A DNA stretch of 64,000 nucleotides from Octopus vulgaris. Taxonomy: Eukaryota. The stretch's first letter is position 1; each line of letters begins with the position of its first letter. The notes under the pieces were generated by a model that was given only the letters and a program-made list of their open reading frames with translations, ran no database searches and had not been told where the DNA came from. Made by a program: the position numbers and the translations under genes. The stretch covers positions 94,984,001 through 95,048,000 of the forward strand of contig OX597823.1 in the NCBI GenBank assembly GCA_951406725.2. The letters run 5' to 3'. This document shows, one piece after another, positions 14,640-25,809 of this stretch.

Positions 14640-15385
14640 TTTAAAAACCTGAGCATAGCGATTTAGACATGTCTCGAATTTTAAAAGTTGCCAGATCAAC
14701 TAGAATGCATAAAAAGCATCAGAACACCTGAATTTATCCAGCAAGTTCAACAGACCATTGTTTACAATCCCAGAAAGTCCATAATGTCAATTGCGAAAGA
14801 TCTCCATGTTTCAGAAGAAACAGTAAGAAATGCTGCCCACGGAGACATCAGATATAAGTCTTATATGATGAAGAAAGATAAATTCGTCCGAAAAAGCAGA
14901 AGAAAGTCACTACATCAGATCTAAAAGACTCTTAAAACTGCAGCAGAAGATTTGATTTGGTTTTTCTCAAACGAGAAAAACTTCGACTAAGATGAAAAAC
15001 GTTAAGAGAAGAAATAACAAATAGTTATGTGCAGACCCTTCTGAAGCTACAAATGTTAAGCATACAAAATTTCCTGCAACTGTCATGGGTTTAGGCGTCG
15101 TCAGCAATGAAGGATATGTGATTCCCCCTTACTTCTTTCCACAAGGCTTTAGAGTTAACTCTGTCGCCTACATTGAGATCCTGGAAATAATTGTTATGCT
15201 CTGGATAGACAGTGCATACAATGGAAGGCCATATGTGTTTCAGTAAGACTTTGCACTATATATAACACATGGCTCTAGTAGCTCAAGAATGGATGACTGA
15301 AAATTTTCATGATCACATAACCCTTAACATTTGGCCTCTTCATTCCCCAGATCTCAATCCATTGGACTATTACATGTGGAGCGTT

Positions 15386-15439
<54 letters not shown>

Positions 15440-15700
15440 CAATGAACACGCCCATAACACCGACGATTCTTTGAAAGATACCATAATCAGAGTAATGTCC
15501 AAAATGAACCAGGACCACTTGATTCGAGCATGTAGATGATTTAGATCTCATATAGAAGCAGCTCTTGAAGCTGAAGGTTGCCGTATTGAATAACATTATA
15601 GAAAAGGTTTATTTTTTATCCCGCATAGCATTTTTTGATAAAGTTATCTGTTATGATATCTGCTTTTTTTAAACATAAATCTGCCCTCAAATATCTTACA
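14640..15700 (+). mobile_element. Tc1/mariner DD37D (maT-like) transposon, decayed
   Basis: NPRKSIMSIAKDLHVS, WFFSNEKNF, KFPATVMGLGVVSNEG and WPLHSPDLNPLDYYMW motifs with stops and frameshifts; (GA)n expansion inside. Confidence 0.8.
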
Positions 15701-16125
15701 GACAGACAGACAGACAAATACACACACACACACACACACACACACATATGTAAGATAGCTGAGGAAACTAGAGCATGCAGGTCATTCGCCAACGCAGAAA
15801 AGGTGGTCAGTGATGCCTTACTCTTACTTTAGCGCTAACAATATCATGGCATTCGAAGAAAACACAACCCGGTTCTCGCCAAGCAAATCAAAGCCAAGCT
15901 TTTAATCAGAGCAATCACTGTAAAGAGTTAACTCATACATCTTAGTCCCTCTCAACCAGCGAGCATTTACGAATGTATTCATGTTCATTCTCCCATTAAA
16001 TAAATCTTAAGTTAAATGTTTGTGATTTTTGCTTGTGTTTGTAATATACTCAATCAGCCGAATCTCATGCTACGACTGATACAACAATTACACCTGGATA
16101 TTTATATTCTTAGGGCCAGCCTACA

Positions 16126-16495
16126 TAGAGTACAAACGATACAGAAAATTATAGGGGTGGAAGAAAGTCCAACAGCTGTTTCTGGGGGCTCAGAGATCCT
16201 TAATAATGTTGGTAGATTTAGTTCATCCCAATTTTAGTCGTGTGTATGCAATTACACCTTCCGTCTTCAGAGTAGAGAAGAACTTACATTCCAGATCTTA
16301 ATGCAGGCAAGTTCAGATCTCTAACCTGATGACGGATGCCCCTCTCGACCAATGTTAAATTGCATCCATTATGGGTGCACATTATGATGAACTAAATCTA
16401 CCAGCATTATTATGGAGCTCCAAGCCCGAGAAACAGCTGTTGGACTTATAACACCTTTCTTTCACATCTTTAATTTTCTCTGTCGTTTGTACTCT
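16126..16495. repeat. Diverged inverted repeat with degenerate HHR 3' half
   Basis: 16126-16192 is the reverse complement of ~16420-16495. Both arms contain GAAACAGCTGTTGGA, and CTGATGA occurs at 16326. Confidence 0.5.
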
Positions 16496-18041
16496 GTGTA
16501 ATATAGATGTCTATACATTTATACATAAAAATTCATATGATGAAAACTTCCACCTTTTGCTTTCTCTCATTTTGCAAATATACATATTTTGTATTTGAGG
16601 GAAGATAGAGTAGAAGAGTGAGAGGTTAATGATGCATGTGTGCGTGTGTGTGTGTTGTGCGTGTGTGTGTGTGTTTGTCCTGCATCACCGCTTGTCAACC
16701 AGCGTTGGAATGTTTGAGTCCTCGTAATATAGCCGTTCAGCAAAAGGGTCCGATAGAATAAGTATCAGGTTTCATATAAGCACTGGGAAAGAATCATATG
16801 ATTCTTCAAGGTAGTACCCCAGCATGGCCACAGTCTTATGACTGAAATAAGTAGAAGAAAAAACACTGCATTATAAATATTGTCACAAAAGGATTAACTC
16901 GGGTCTAATAGAGTAGATATGGTGGATTATCGTGGCATAAGGAATACGATTGGCCATTTATTATGCTACTATTTCCCTACATTATGAGATCTAGTTGTGC
17001 TTCCTCAGGCGATATGTAAATATTATCTCCGAAAGTTAAATTACGGAGTTGAACTTGTAGTGATAAAAAAAAATGTCCAGCCGTATTCCTTCGTGTTGAC
17101 GCTAATTCTTTTCAATTATACAGGCACAGGAGTGGCTGTGTGGTAAGAAGCTTGCTTCCCAACCACATGTTTCAAGGTTCAGTCCCTCTGCGTGGCACCT
17201 TGGGAAAGTGCCTTCTACTATAGCCTCGAACCGACCAAAGCTTTGCAAGTGGATTTGATTTGGTAGACAGAACTGAAAGAATCCCGTCATATATATGTAT
17301 ATATGTATTTGAGTGTCGGTGTTTGTCCCCCCCTCATCGCTTGACCACCAGTGCTGGTGTGTTTACCGATAGAATAAGTACTAGTCTAAGAAAGAATAAG
17401 TCCTGGGGTCGATTCAGATTACTCTCTCAAATCTCATGCAGATTTATTCACATTGCTTTGAATTAATCCTGGGATTATCCTTTAGCTTCCAGATTTCATT
17501 GATATGATTTCTCTTTTATTTCTTCCCTTGTTTTACTCATCAGATGCTGGCCATGCTGGGGCACCACCTTGGATTTTTTTAGTGGAATGAACCAATCCTG
17601 GTATTTACAGTTTTTTCTTTTAAGCTTGGTACTTATTTTATCAGTTCCTTTTGCTGAACCGCTAAGATACAAGGATGTAAACATACAAACACCAGTTGTC
17701 TAGTGACTGTAGAACACAGACACAGACACAGAGACATGGATATATATATATATATATATAAATAATTAATTAATAAGGGTGAGAGAATTAGATACTAATT
17801 TAATAGTATATCTATTCAACACCAAGTGGCCCAGTGCTCCGAGAAACCTGGATTATTATAATATTTTATAATATATTATAATATTTTTACAAAAATAAAT
17901 ATAAGAGAGTGGTCACTATATGGCTCACTCTAGCACTAGTTAATCCAAAAGGTTTCAACCACAAAAATATATGTTTCCCATGAAAGTCAGTACGATTGTT
18001 AGCTCACACGAACAGGGCAAATAAAAAATAACAAAAATACA

Positions 18042-18133
18042 GATTATTTTGGGACAATTGTTTCGCTATTAATGAATTAAATGTAATTTTACTTACAAAA
18101 AAATCCACTTGTAGCTCCTCAGCCAAAACTATC
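18042..18133 (-). ncRNA. Type I hammerhead ribozyme, inverted copy (sense to gene A pre-mRNA)
   Basis: Exact reverse complement of 18201-18292. Confidence 0.9.
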
Positions 18134-18200
18134 TGGATGAACCACACGTGTATTTATCGTTATGGTAAAATCTGGCGTGTGATTGAGTGGATTTCATCCA

Positions 18201-18292
18201 GATAGTTTTGGCTGAGGAGCTACAAGTGGATTTTTTTGTAAGTAAAATTACATTTAATTCATTAATAGCGAAACAATTGTCCCAAAATAATC
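18201..18292 (+). ncRNA. Type I hammerhead ribozyme, copy 1
   Basis: Stem I TTTTGG/CCAAAA, core CTGAGGA (18212-18218), stem II GCTA/TAGC, GAAA, palindromic CAATTG, GTC cleavage after 18281. Confidence 0.9.
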
Positions 18293-18735
18293 TGTATTTT
18301 TGTTATTTTTTATTTGCCCTGTTCGTGTGAGCTAACAATCGTACTGACTTTCATGGGAAACATATATTTTTGTGGTTGAAACCTTTTGGATTAACTAGTG
18401 CTAGAGTGAGCCATATAGTGACCACTCTCTTATATTTATTTTTGTAAAAATATTATAATATATTATAAAATATTATAATAATCCAGGTTTCTCGGAGCAC
18501 TGGGCCACTTGGTGTTGAATAGATATACTATTAAATTAGTATCTAATTCTCTCACCCTTATTAATTAATTATAATTATGCTACATTTATTTCTAAATGTA
18601 GTATTTGTTCCCGTGTGAGTTTGGCGCGCTGTTAGTAGGGGCATTTTAATTATAACGTCGGATGTAATCAATTGAACCACACGTGTATTTATCGTTATGG
18701 TAAAATCTGGCGTGTGATTGAGTGGATTTCATCCA

Positions 18736-18827
18736 GATAGTTTTGGCTGAGGAGCTACAAGTGGATTTTTTTGTAAGTAAAATTACATTTAATTCATTAA
18801 TAGCGAAACAATTGTCCCAAAATAATC
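18736..18827 (+). ncRNA. Type I hammerhead ribozyme, copy 2
   Basis: Identical to 18201-18292; predicted cleavage after 18816. Confidence 0.9.
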
Positions 18828-18977
18828 TGTATTTTTGTTATTTTTTATTTGCCCTGTTCGTGTGAGCTAACAATCGTACTGACTTTCATGGGAAACATAT
18901 ATTTTTGTGGTTGAAACCTTTTGGATTAACTAGTGCTAGAGTGAGCCATATAGTGACCACTCTCTTATATTTATTTT

Positions 18978-19017
<40 letters not shown>

Positions 19018-19020
<3 letters not shown>

Positions 19021-19788
19021 AGAGAAATAATATTCTTAAGATTATAATTCCGGTAAAGTACAGGACAAGATATTACACTTGGAAAAGTTCAGGGCAGATT
19101 ATTACATCTGGTAGAGTACAGAATAAGAACATTTTTACTTAAAATATTGCAGCTAAGTATAAAATTTGAATATTAAAAATTATTTGATTTTAATTTACAA
19201 AGTAACTTCATAATTAAAAAAGGTACCATCATTTTGTTAAAATATTGACACACTAGAATACTTAAAATATGAGAAACAGAAGTACCAATATAACTAAAGT
19301 TTTATGCAAAGTAGACTAGTATATATGGTAGGTATATATTCATTATATAAAAGATAGGGATTGGGTCAAGACTAAAAATGTGAAGACTTGGCAATAACTT
19401 AGGCAATAACTCGAGCAAATTTTACTTGCATTTGTTGCTATAGGTAGAATTTACTGCAACATATAACTAATTATTACTATTCTAGTTACTGTACTAATTA
19501 TGTACTACTATTATTTTTTATAACCTATTTTCAAATTTCTGATTATTAATTAGAAGTAACAAGTAATAAGAAATCGAAGTAATAACTTGTAAAAAAATTT
19601 AAATTTTAATAAAAGCTAATATTTTCTAAATCTAAATATTTTATTCGAAATTTTATCCTTAGCCGCAATATTTCTAGTAAAACGTTTCTTGTTCTGTACT
19701 TTACCAGATGTAAATAAGTTGTACTGAACTTTTCCAAGTGTCCTGTAATTTTCCAAGTTTATAATCTTAAGAATATTATTTCTCTTGC
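19018..19788. repeat. AT-rich element with ~170-bp diverged terminal inverted repeats
   Basis: GCAAGAGAAATAATATTCTTAAGATTATAA at 19018 and its exact reverse complement ending at 19788; similarity continues over ~19018-19190 vs 19620-19788. Confidence 0.75.
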
Positions 19789-19998
19789 TCGCATTTTTCC
19801 ATGTAACACACACGCACGCACACACATTCACACATACACCCATGATGATGGTGGGTGTTGGAGTGAGAAAGATTTTTAACCCCAATCAATAAAAGAAAAG
19901 TGTCTCAAGGAATTTTTGTTTTGAAGCACAACCATTTCAACCACCTACCTGAACTACATAATAATAATAATAAGAAGAAATCATTATTATAAGCTTAC

Positions 19999-20141
19999 CT
20001 GTAATCTAAGTCAGGTACAATAAAAACCATGCTTCCAACTTGTAAACCATCCATAATGGTTGAAGAGAAGAGAAAAGCTAGCACCAGTTTCTGATAAAGT
20101 CCACATCCTCCAATTGTCCCAATCACTTCTTCGTAGTCCAT
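19999..20141 (-). CDS. SLC22-like transporter gene A, first coding exon (N-terminus + TM1)
   Basis: ATG at 20141 gives MDYEEVIGTIGGCGLYQKLVLAFLFSSTIMDGLQVGSMVFIVPDLDYR, a typical SLC22 start (M.fde.l..iG..G.yQ). Ends at AG|GTAAG donor, phase 2. A polypyrimidine tract plus CTACAG acceptor near 20272 suggests the exon starts at about 20271 with 5'UTR. Confidence 0.9.
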
Positions 20142-21089
20142 GGTGAACAAACCTCTCAGAACAAACGTGTCGTCTGCTTCAAGCAATTTCTAAATGAGTC
20201 TGCCTCTGTTAGGGAGTATCTCTATCTCCTTTCATACATACGTTCGTAATCAGGTGTGCAAGTGAGAGTACCTGTAGGAGTGTAAGTGGTGGTAAGGGGG
20301 AGAAAAGGAGGAATGTGAGTGAAAGACTAGGGTTTGTGATTGGGTGTTGTCTGGGTGGAGAGGGGAAAAGAAAAGACAGACAAAGAGATAAAGTGTGTGT
20401 GAGTGTGAGCGTGTGTGTGAGTGTGAGCGTGTGTGTGAGTGTGTGTGGGTGCATAAATGTAAGACACGCAGTCTACCTCAATGGTTGGATGCTTTTTATT
20501 TGTAATTTTTGTATTTAATACACTTGTTCCAACATCTACGTATGTATCTATGAACATGTATCTATGTATATGTGTCTATATATCTATGTATATGTGTCTA
20601 TGTATATGTATTTAAATTACTTATAAACAGACATGACAGAAGTAAATAGACGCCATTATAATCATTAAAATTCGAAATAGATTAAATTAAAATTTCAGAA
20701 TATCACTTCTGGAAGTTCATATCTTTTTTATTAGAAAAAACTACATGGTGCTGTATTTCGAGTCCTTCAGAATGCTGCCAGTTGGTGGTGATGGCCACTT
20801 TGTAAAAGTGATGATATTTTGAAAGTTAAATTCCATGTATTTCAATTTTTCTTTCCATTTTATTCCAGCAGGAAAAGCTCGTCTTAAATGGCCGAAACCA
20901 GTTCATATTTTCTTTGCTTTTTGCCATATTAAATCTCACAAAGCATTTTCATTTTCTTAGTTTTTCCAACACACACACACATATACACACATACACACAT
21001 ATATACATATATATCCACACATATATATGCACACACACACATATATCCACATATATATACACGCACATTATATATATATATATATATAT

Positions 21090-22438
21090 ATAAGTTAATC
21101 CAAACAAGAAAACACAAAAAAACAAACAAAAAACACAACAACGCGAGGACGAGGAACAAATAAAGTATTATTGGACGCTCAGGAAAGAAGGGAAGAAGGA
21201 GGGTTTAACGTTTCGAGCGGAGCTCTTCGTCGGAAACATAGGAGAAGGACAGATCCCGAGAAGGGAAGACAGAGGAAAAAAATCACCGGCGTTACTCACG
21301 AGGTCACATATTGAAAGACCGGAAGTAGAAAGGTGGAAGAATAATGTTTTTTAAAGACAGGAGAGTTTTCAAAGACGGTATGGTAAAGATAAGGAAGTGA
21401 AAGTGGATGTGTGCGTGCGCGGAGGTCTGCGTGTGCGCGTGTGTGTGTATGTGTGCAGTGATGACACGTGTGTGTGTGTGTGTGTGCGTGTGTGTGTGTG
21501 TATGTGTGTATGGCGAACAACTGGCTAGTAGCTGGCCAGTATGTGAGAATAAGGAGTGGTGTTTTTGTGTTAAGCTATAGGTCAAAAACAAAGAGGTATG
21601 TGTGTGTGCGTGTATGTATATGTATCGTGTGTGTGTTTTGTTTGTAGTGTGTGTATGTGTGTGTTCGTGTGTGTATGTGTAGAGTTTGGGTGTATGGCGA
21701 GTAACTGTGCTTAACTTAGTGTATGTGTGCGTGTGTGCTTGTACGTGCGTGTGTATGTATATATATGTTTGTATAATTCTGTGCGTGTATGTATAATTGT
21801 GTGCCGTGTGTATGGGATGTATGTGTGGGTTCATTTGTGTGTGTGTGTTTGTGTATGTATGTGCGTGTAGTTGTATGTGCGTGTATGTGTGCGTTTGTAT
21901 GTGTGTGTGTGTAAGCGTATATGGATGTATATGCGTGTATCCGTGGGGTTGTGAGTTTTGGGTGTGTGCGTGTGTGCGTGCGTATGTGTGCGCATGTTTT
22001 TGTGTGCGTATGTGTGTGTGTCTGTGCTTATATGTGTGTACGTATGTGTATGTGTGCGTGCGCGTGTAGGTATATATTGTGTGTATGTACATGTGTCGGT
22101 GTGTATGTGAATTTGTGTGTGTTTGTACGTGTGTATATGTGCGTGCGTGTATTGTATATATATATATGTAAATGTGTGTGTGTGTGCGTGTGTGTGTACG
22201 TGCGTGCGAGTGAATATATGTATATATATGCGTGTGTGTACAAAGGTAGAGGTTTATATGTGTGTTTATATGTTTATATGTGTGTATATGTATGTATGCA
22301 AGCACACACTTTATAATTGAAAGATTGATGGAAAAAAAATTAGTGTGGGTGTATGTGAATCCACAGGCACACACATACACGCACACCTGCAATAGAGCCA
22401 ACCCCATATGCATGTATGTATGTATGTATGTATGTATG

Positions 22439-22472
<34 letters not shown>

Positions 22473-23350
22473 TGTATGTATGTATGTGTGTGTATGTGTA
22501 TGTATGTGTGTGTGCATGTATGTATGTGTGTCTGTATGTATTATTGTATGTGTGTGTGTATGTGTGTATGCATGTATGTATGTATGTATGTATGTGTGTG
22601 TGAGTATGTATGTATGTGTGCATGCGTGTATGTGTGTGTATGTATGTATGTGTGCATGCGTGTATGTGTGTATGTGTGTATGTGTGTATGTATGTATGTG
22701 TGTATGTATGTGTGTGTGTATGTATGTGTGTATGTGTGTATGTGTGTGTGTATGTATGTATGTGTGTATGTATGTGTGTATGTATGTGTGTATGTGTGTG
22801 TGTGTGTGTATATGTGTATGTGTGTGTGTATGTGTGTGTGTGTATGTATGTATGAAGGTATGTATGTGTGTGTGTGTGAATGTATGCGTGTGTGTGTGTG
22901 GGGATTTTTTTGGAGTTGTGTGGGCGTAATGTACATGCGCGTGCTTGTGTGCGTGTGTGCGCTTACGTGCGTGTATGTGTGTGTGTGTGTCTGCTAGGTG
23001 TTTATAAGAGTATGCGTACCTGTATGAGTATTGTTTGTTGGTGTGTGTGCACGGGCATGTGTGTGTGCGCGTGGGGTGTATGGGTGTGTGGGAGTATGTG
23101 TGCGTACATGTGCATGTAGGTTGTATGTGTGTGGTGTGTTGGAAGTAGGTGTGTTCGTGGATACGTGAGTATGTGTGTGTGTGTGTTTCTGTATAAGGAC
23201 AAAATATAAAAAAAACAGAGTTGCTAGTGGGGAGAGGTGGAGCGCAGTCACTAAGAGAAGGGCGCTGTTTTGAGTCCGTGTGGGGTATTGGTCTGTAGAG
23301 TGAAAATGAAACGTTGCTCCAAGTGAAGCCTGGATTGTGAAGGACCGTTG
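21090..23350 (-). mobile_element. PLE 3' portion: GIY-YIG C-terminus, ~1.8-kb CA-rich UTR, minimal HHR and terminus
   Basis: Minus-strand peptide [21 protein letters not shown] at ~23270-23340 is the classic PLE end. HHR-like motif at ~21203-21237; terminus shared with 5810-6565 and 51595-51802. Confidence 0.7.
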
Positions 23351-23654
23351 TGTGGGGCGAGATATATATATATACACACACATATAAATATACATGCACA
23401 CATATATATACACACATACATATATATATATATATATGCATATATATATATACATATATATACACATACACACACACACTCATATATATATATATGTGTG
23501 TATATATATATATACACATATATAAATACACACATATATATACACACTTACATATACATATAAATATATATGCATACATATACGTACTGTATACATATAA
23601 ATACATATAAATACATATAAATACATATATATGCATATATATATATATTCAAAC

Positions 23655-23717
<63 letters not shown>

Positions 23718-23723
23718 TAATAT

Positions 23724-24257
23724 CACTGGTGGTGATATTTATAACGAATATTCGCTACCCTATTTATGTAGCTTATGAATATATTCTTAGCATTCTCGAA
23801 GATTTAGATCGGCATTGTATTTATTGCCGACTGTAAATGCGCCTGCGCGCGGAATTTTGAAAAATTATAACATATAATGACGGGACACGTGTTATCTTGT
23901 CTCTGAATTATAAGTTAGTTATTGAGGCCGGTTACTGACGAGAATTCGCCTGGCGGATAATATTGTTTTGCTAAATTACCTATTAAAGTATGGCAAACAA
24001 TCTTATTTGGTAAAGAAATTCGAAACCATAGTATAACCGCTAATAAAAATAACAAGATAAACGTTTTTATTTTTCATTTACTTCAAAAATTGTTATTAAA
24101 TCGTGCTCTTGGCCGTGTTGGCTGCTACTTCTAGCATGTAAAAAATACCTGTTAAAGGGTAGTTTTCTTTTGTGTTTAAATGTACGCTATTTTAAACTAT
24201 GAATATGTTGTCTATTGACTATTTATACACGCTAGGCCACTGGTGGTGATATTTATA
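23724..24257 (+). mobile_element. 514-nt non-coding HHR monomer with 20-bp terminal direct repeat
   Basis: CACTGGTGGTGATATTTATA at 23724 and 24238; HHR at 23929-24039; embedded in (TA)n. Confidence 0.8.
23929..24039 (+). ncRNA. Type I hammerhead ribozyme
   Basis: Stem I CGGTTA/TAACCG, CTGACGA (23935-23941), stem II GAATT/AATTC, GAAA, C-CATA-G, GTA cleavage after 24033. Confidence 0.85.
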
Positions 24258-24339
<82 letters not shown>

Positions 24340-24349
24340 TATATGTATA

Positions 24350-24860
24350 TAAATTACATTCGAAAATTTTCCAGAAAATCCAGCATATACCCCGGGCTTA
24401 TACATTCTAATTTTTCAAATCTACCGCGCAAACAGCCGGCATTTTATTTACCGCCGTCAAGGAGCCGCGCTTGCGCGGTAGATTTGAAAAGTTAGAATGT
24501 ATAAGTACGGGGCATATACTGGATTGCCTCGTGTATATATATTCTATCTAAGGTGTACCTGCTGAAGAAGACTTCACCTAGCAAATTATTTTATTTGCTA
24601 AAAAAAGTCTGAAATCATTGGTCCAGTGTTAGATGGTAAATACTTTTATTTTTCATTCCTTTCGAAATTTTATCCCTAATATTGGTTTGGAAATTAACTG
24701 TCTTCTCTAGCGTGTAAGGAATCCTGTGATGGATGCTTGTTCTGTGTTTAAATGTACACTGTATTTATATGAATAATATATAGTCTATTGACTAAATTGT
24801 TTTACACTTTTAGCCACTGGTAATGGAAATTTCAAATATTTCTGATTACCCTTTGACATT
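24350..24860 (+). mobile_element. Diverged relative of the 23724-24257 element, with inverted arm and HHR
   Basis: Inverted repeat 24377-24431/24471-24525. Shares TGTGTTTAAATGTAC, GTCTATTGACTA and GCCACTGGT blocks with the neighbouring element. Confidence 0.7.
24557..24629 (+). ncRNA. Type I hammerhead ribozyme
   Basis: CTGAAGA (24562-24568), stem II AGACTT/AAGTCT with inner TAGCAAAT/ATTTGCTA hairpin, GAAA, TCATTGG, GTC cleavage after 24623, stem I CTG/CAG. Confidence 0.7.
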
Positions 24861-24894
24861 ATTAGTTATATATATTCATACATACATATATACA

Positions 24895-24972
<78 letters not shown>

Positions 24973-25284
24973 TATATTTATGTGTGTATGTATATATGTA
25001 TGCATGTATATATGTATGTATGAATATATATAACTAATAATGTCAAATGTATGCATTTGTCCCCATCATCACTTGACGACCGATGGTAGTACGTTTACGT
25101 CCCCGTAACTAACAGTTCGGCAAAAGCAACCGATAGAAGAAATACTAGTCTTACAAAAAATAAGTTCTGGCGTCGATTTCTACAACTAAAGGTGGTGCTC
25201 CAGCATAGCCTTATTCAAATGACTGAAATACATTAAAGAAGAAAGAAAAAGGAATATATGTATGTGTCTGTGTACAAGATATGT

Positions 25285-25340
<56 letters not shown>

Positions 25341-25759
25341 TTTAATTTTTTTTCAGTCATTTGACTGCGGCCATGCTGGAGTATCGCCTTTAGTCGAAAA
25401 CATCGGCCCCAGAATTTATTCTTTGTAAGCCTAGTACTTATTCTATCGGTCTCTTTGCCGAGCCATTCAGTTACGGGGACGTAAACACACCAGTGTCGGT
25501 TGTCAAGAGATGGTGGGGGGTGTACAAACACAGACACACAAATATACACACACGCATATATACACACATATATACATATATACAACGGGCTTCTTTCAGT
25601 TTCCGTCTGCCAAATTCCCTCACACAGCTTTGGTCGGCCCGGAGGTATGGTAGAAGACACTTGCCCAAGAAACCGGAACCATGTGGTTATCAAATATATA
25701 TATGATTTATATCTATATATCTATATACATATAATATATATACATATTTATACATAAAT

Positions 25760-25804
<45 letters not shown>

Positions 25805-25809
25805 CTGAG

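Larger units (their letters stand above)
17762..18978 (+). mobile_element. Non-coding HHR-bearing retroelement (retrozyme-like): 535-nt unit x1.57 plus perfect 380-bp inverted arm
   Basis: 17762-18141 is the exact reverse complement of 18193-18572. 18138-18443 is repeated exactly at 18673-18978. Three identical HHRs; flanked by (TA)n on both sides; no ORF. Confidence 0.9.

Noticed and set aside
20860-20910. GGCCGAAACCAGTT as an HHR 3' half
   Set aside because: No recognisable CUGANGA core or stem I partner.
21304-23668. Long ORFs (439 aa, 441 aa and others) rich in H/T/Y/I or C/V/M
   Set aside because: Translations of (CA)/(TA)/(CATA) low-complexity DNA, open in several frames on both strands.
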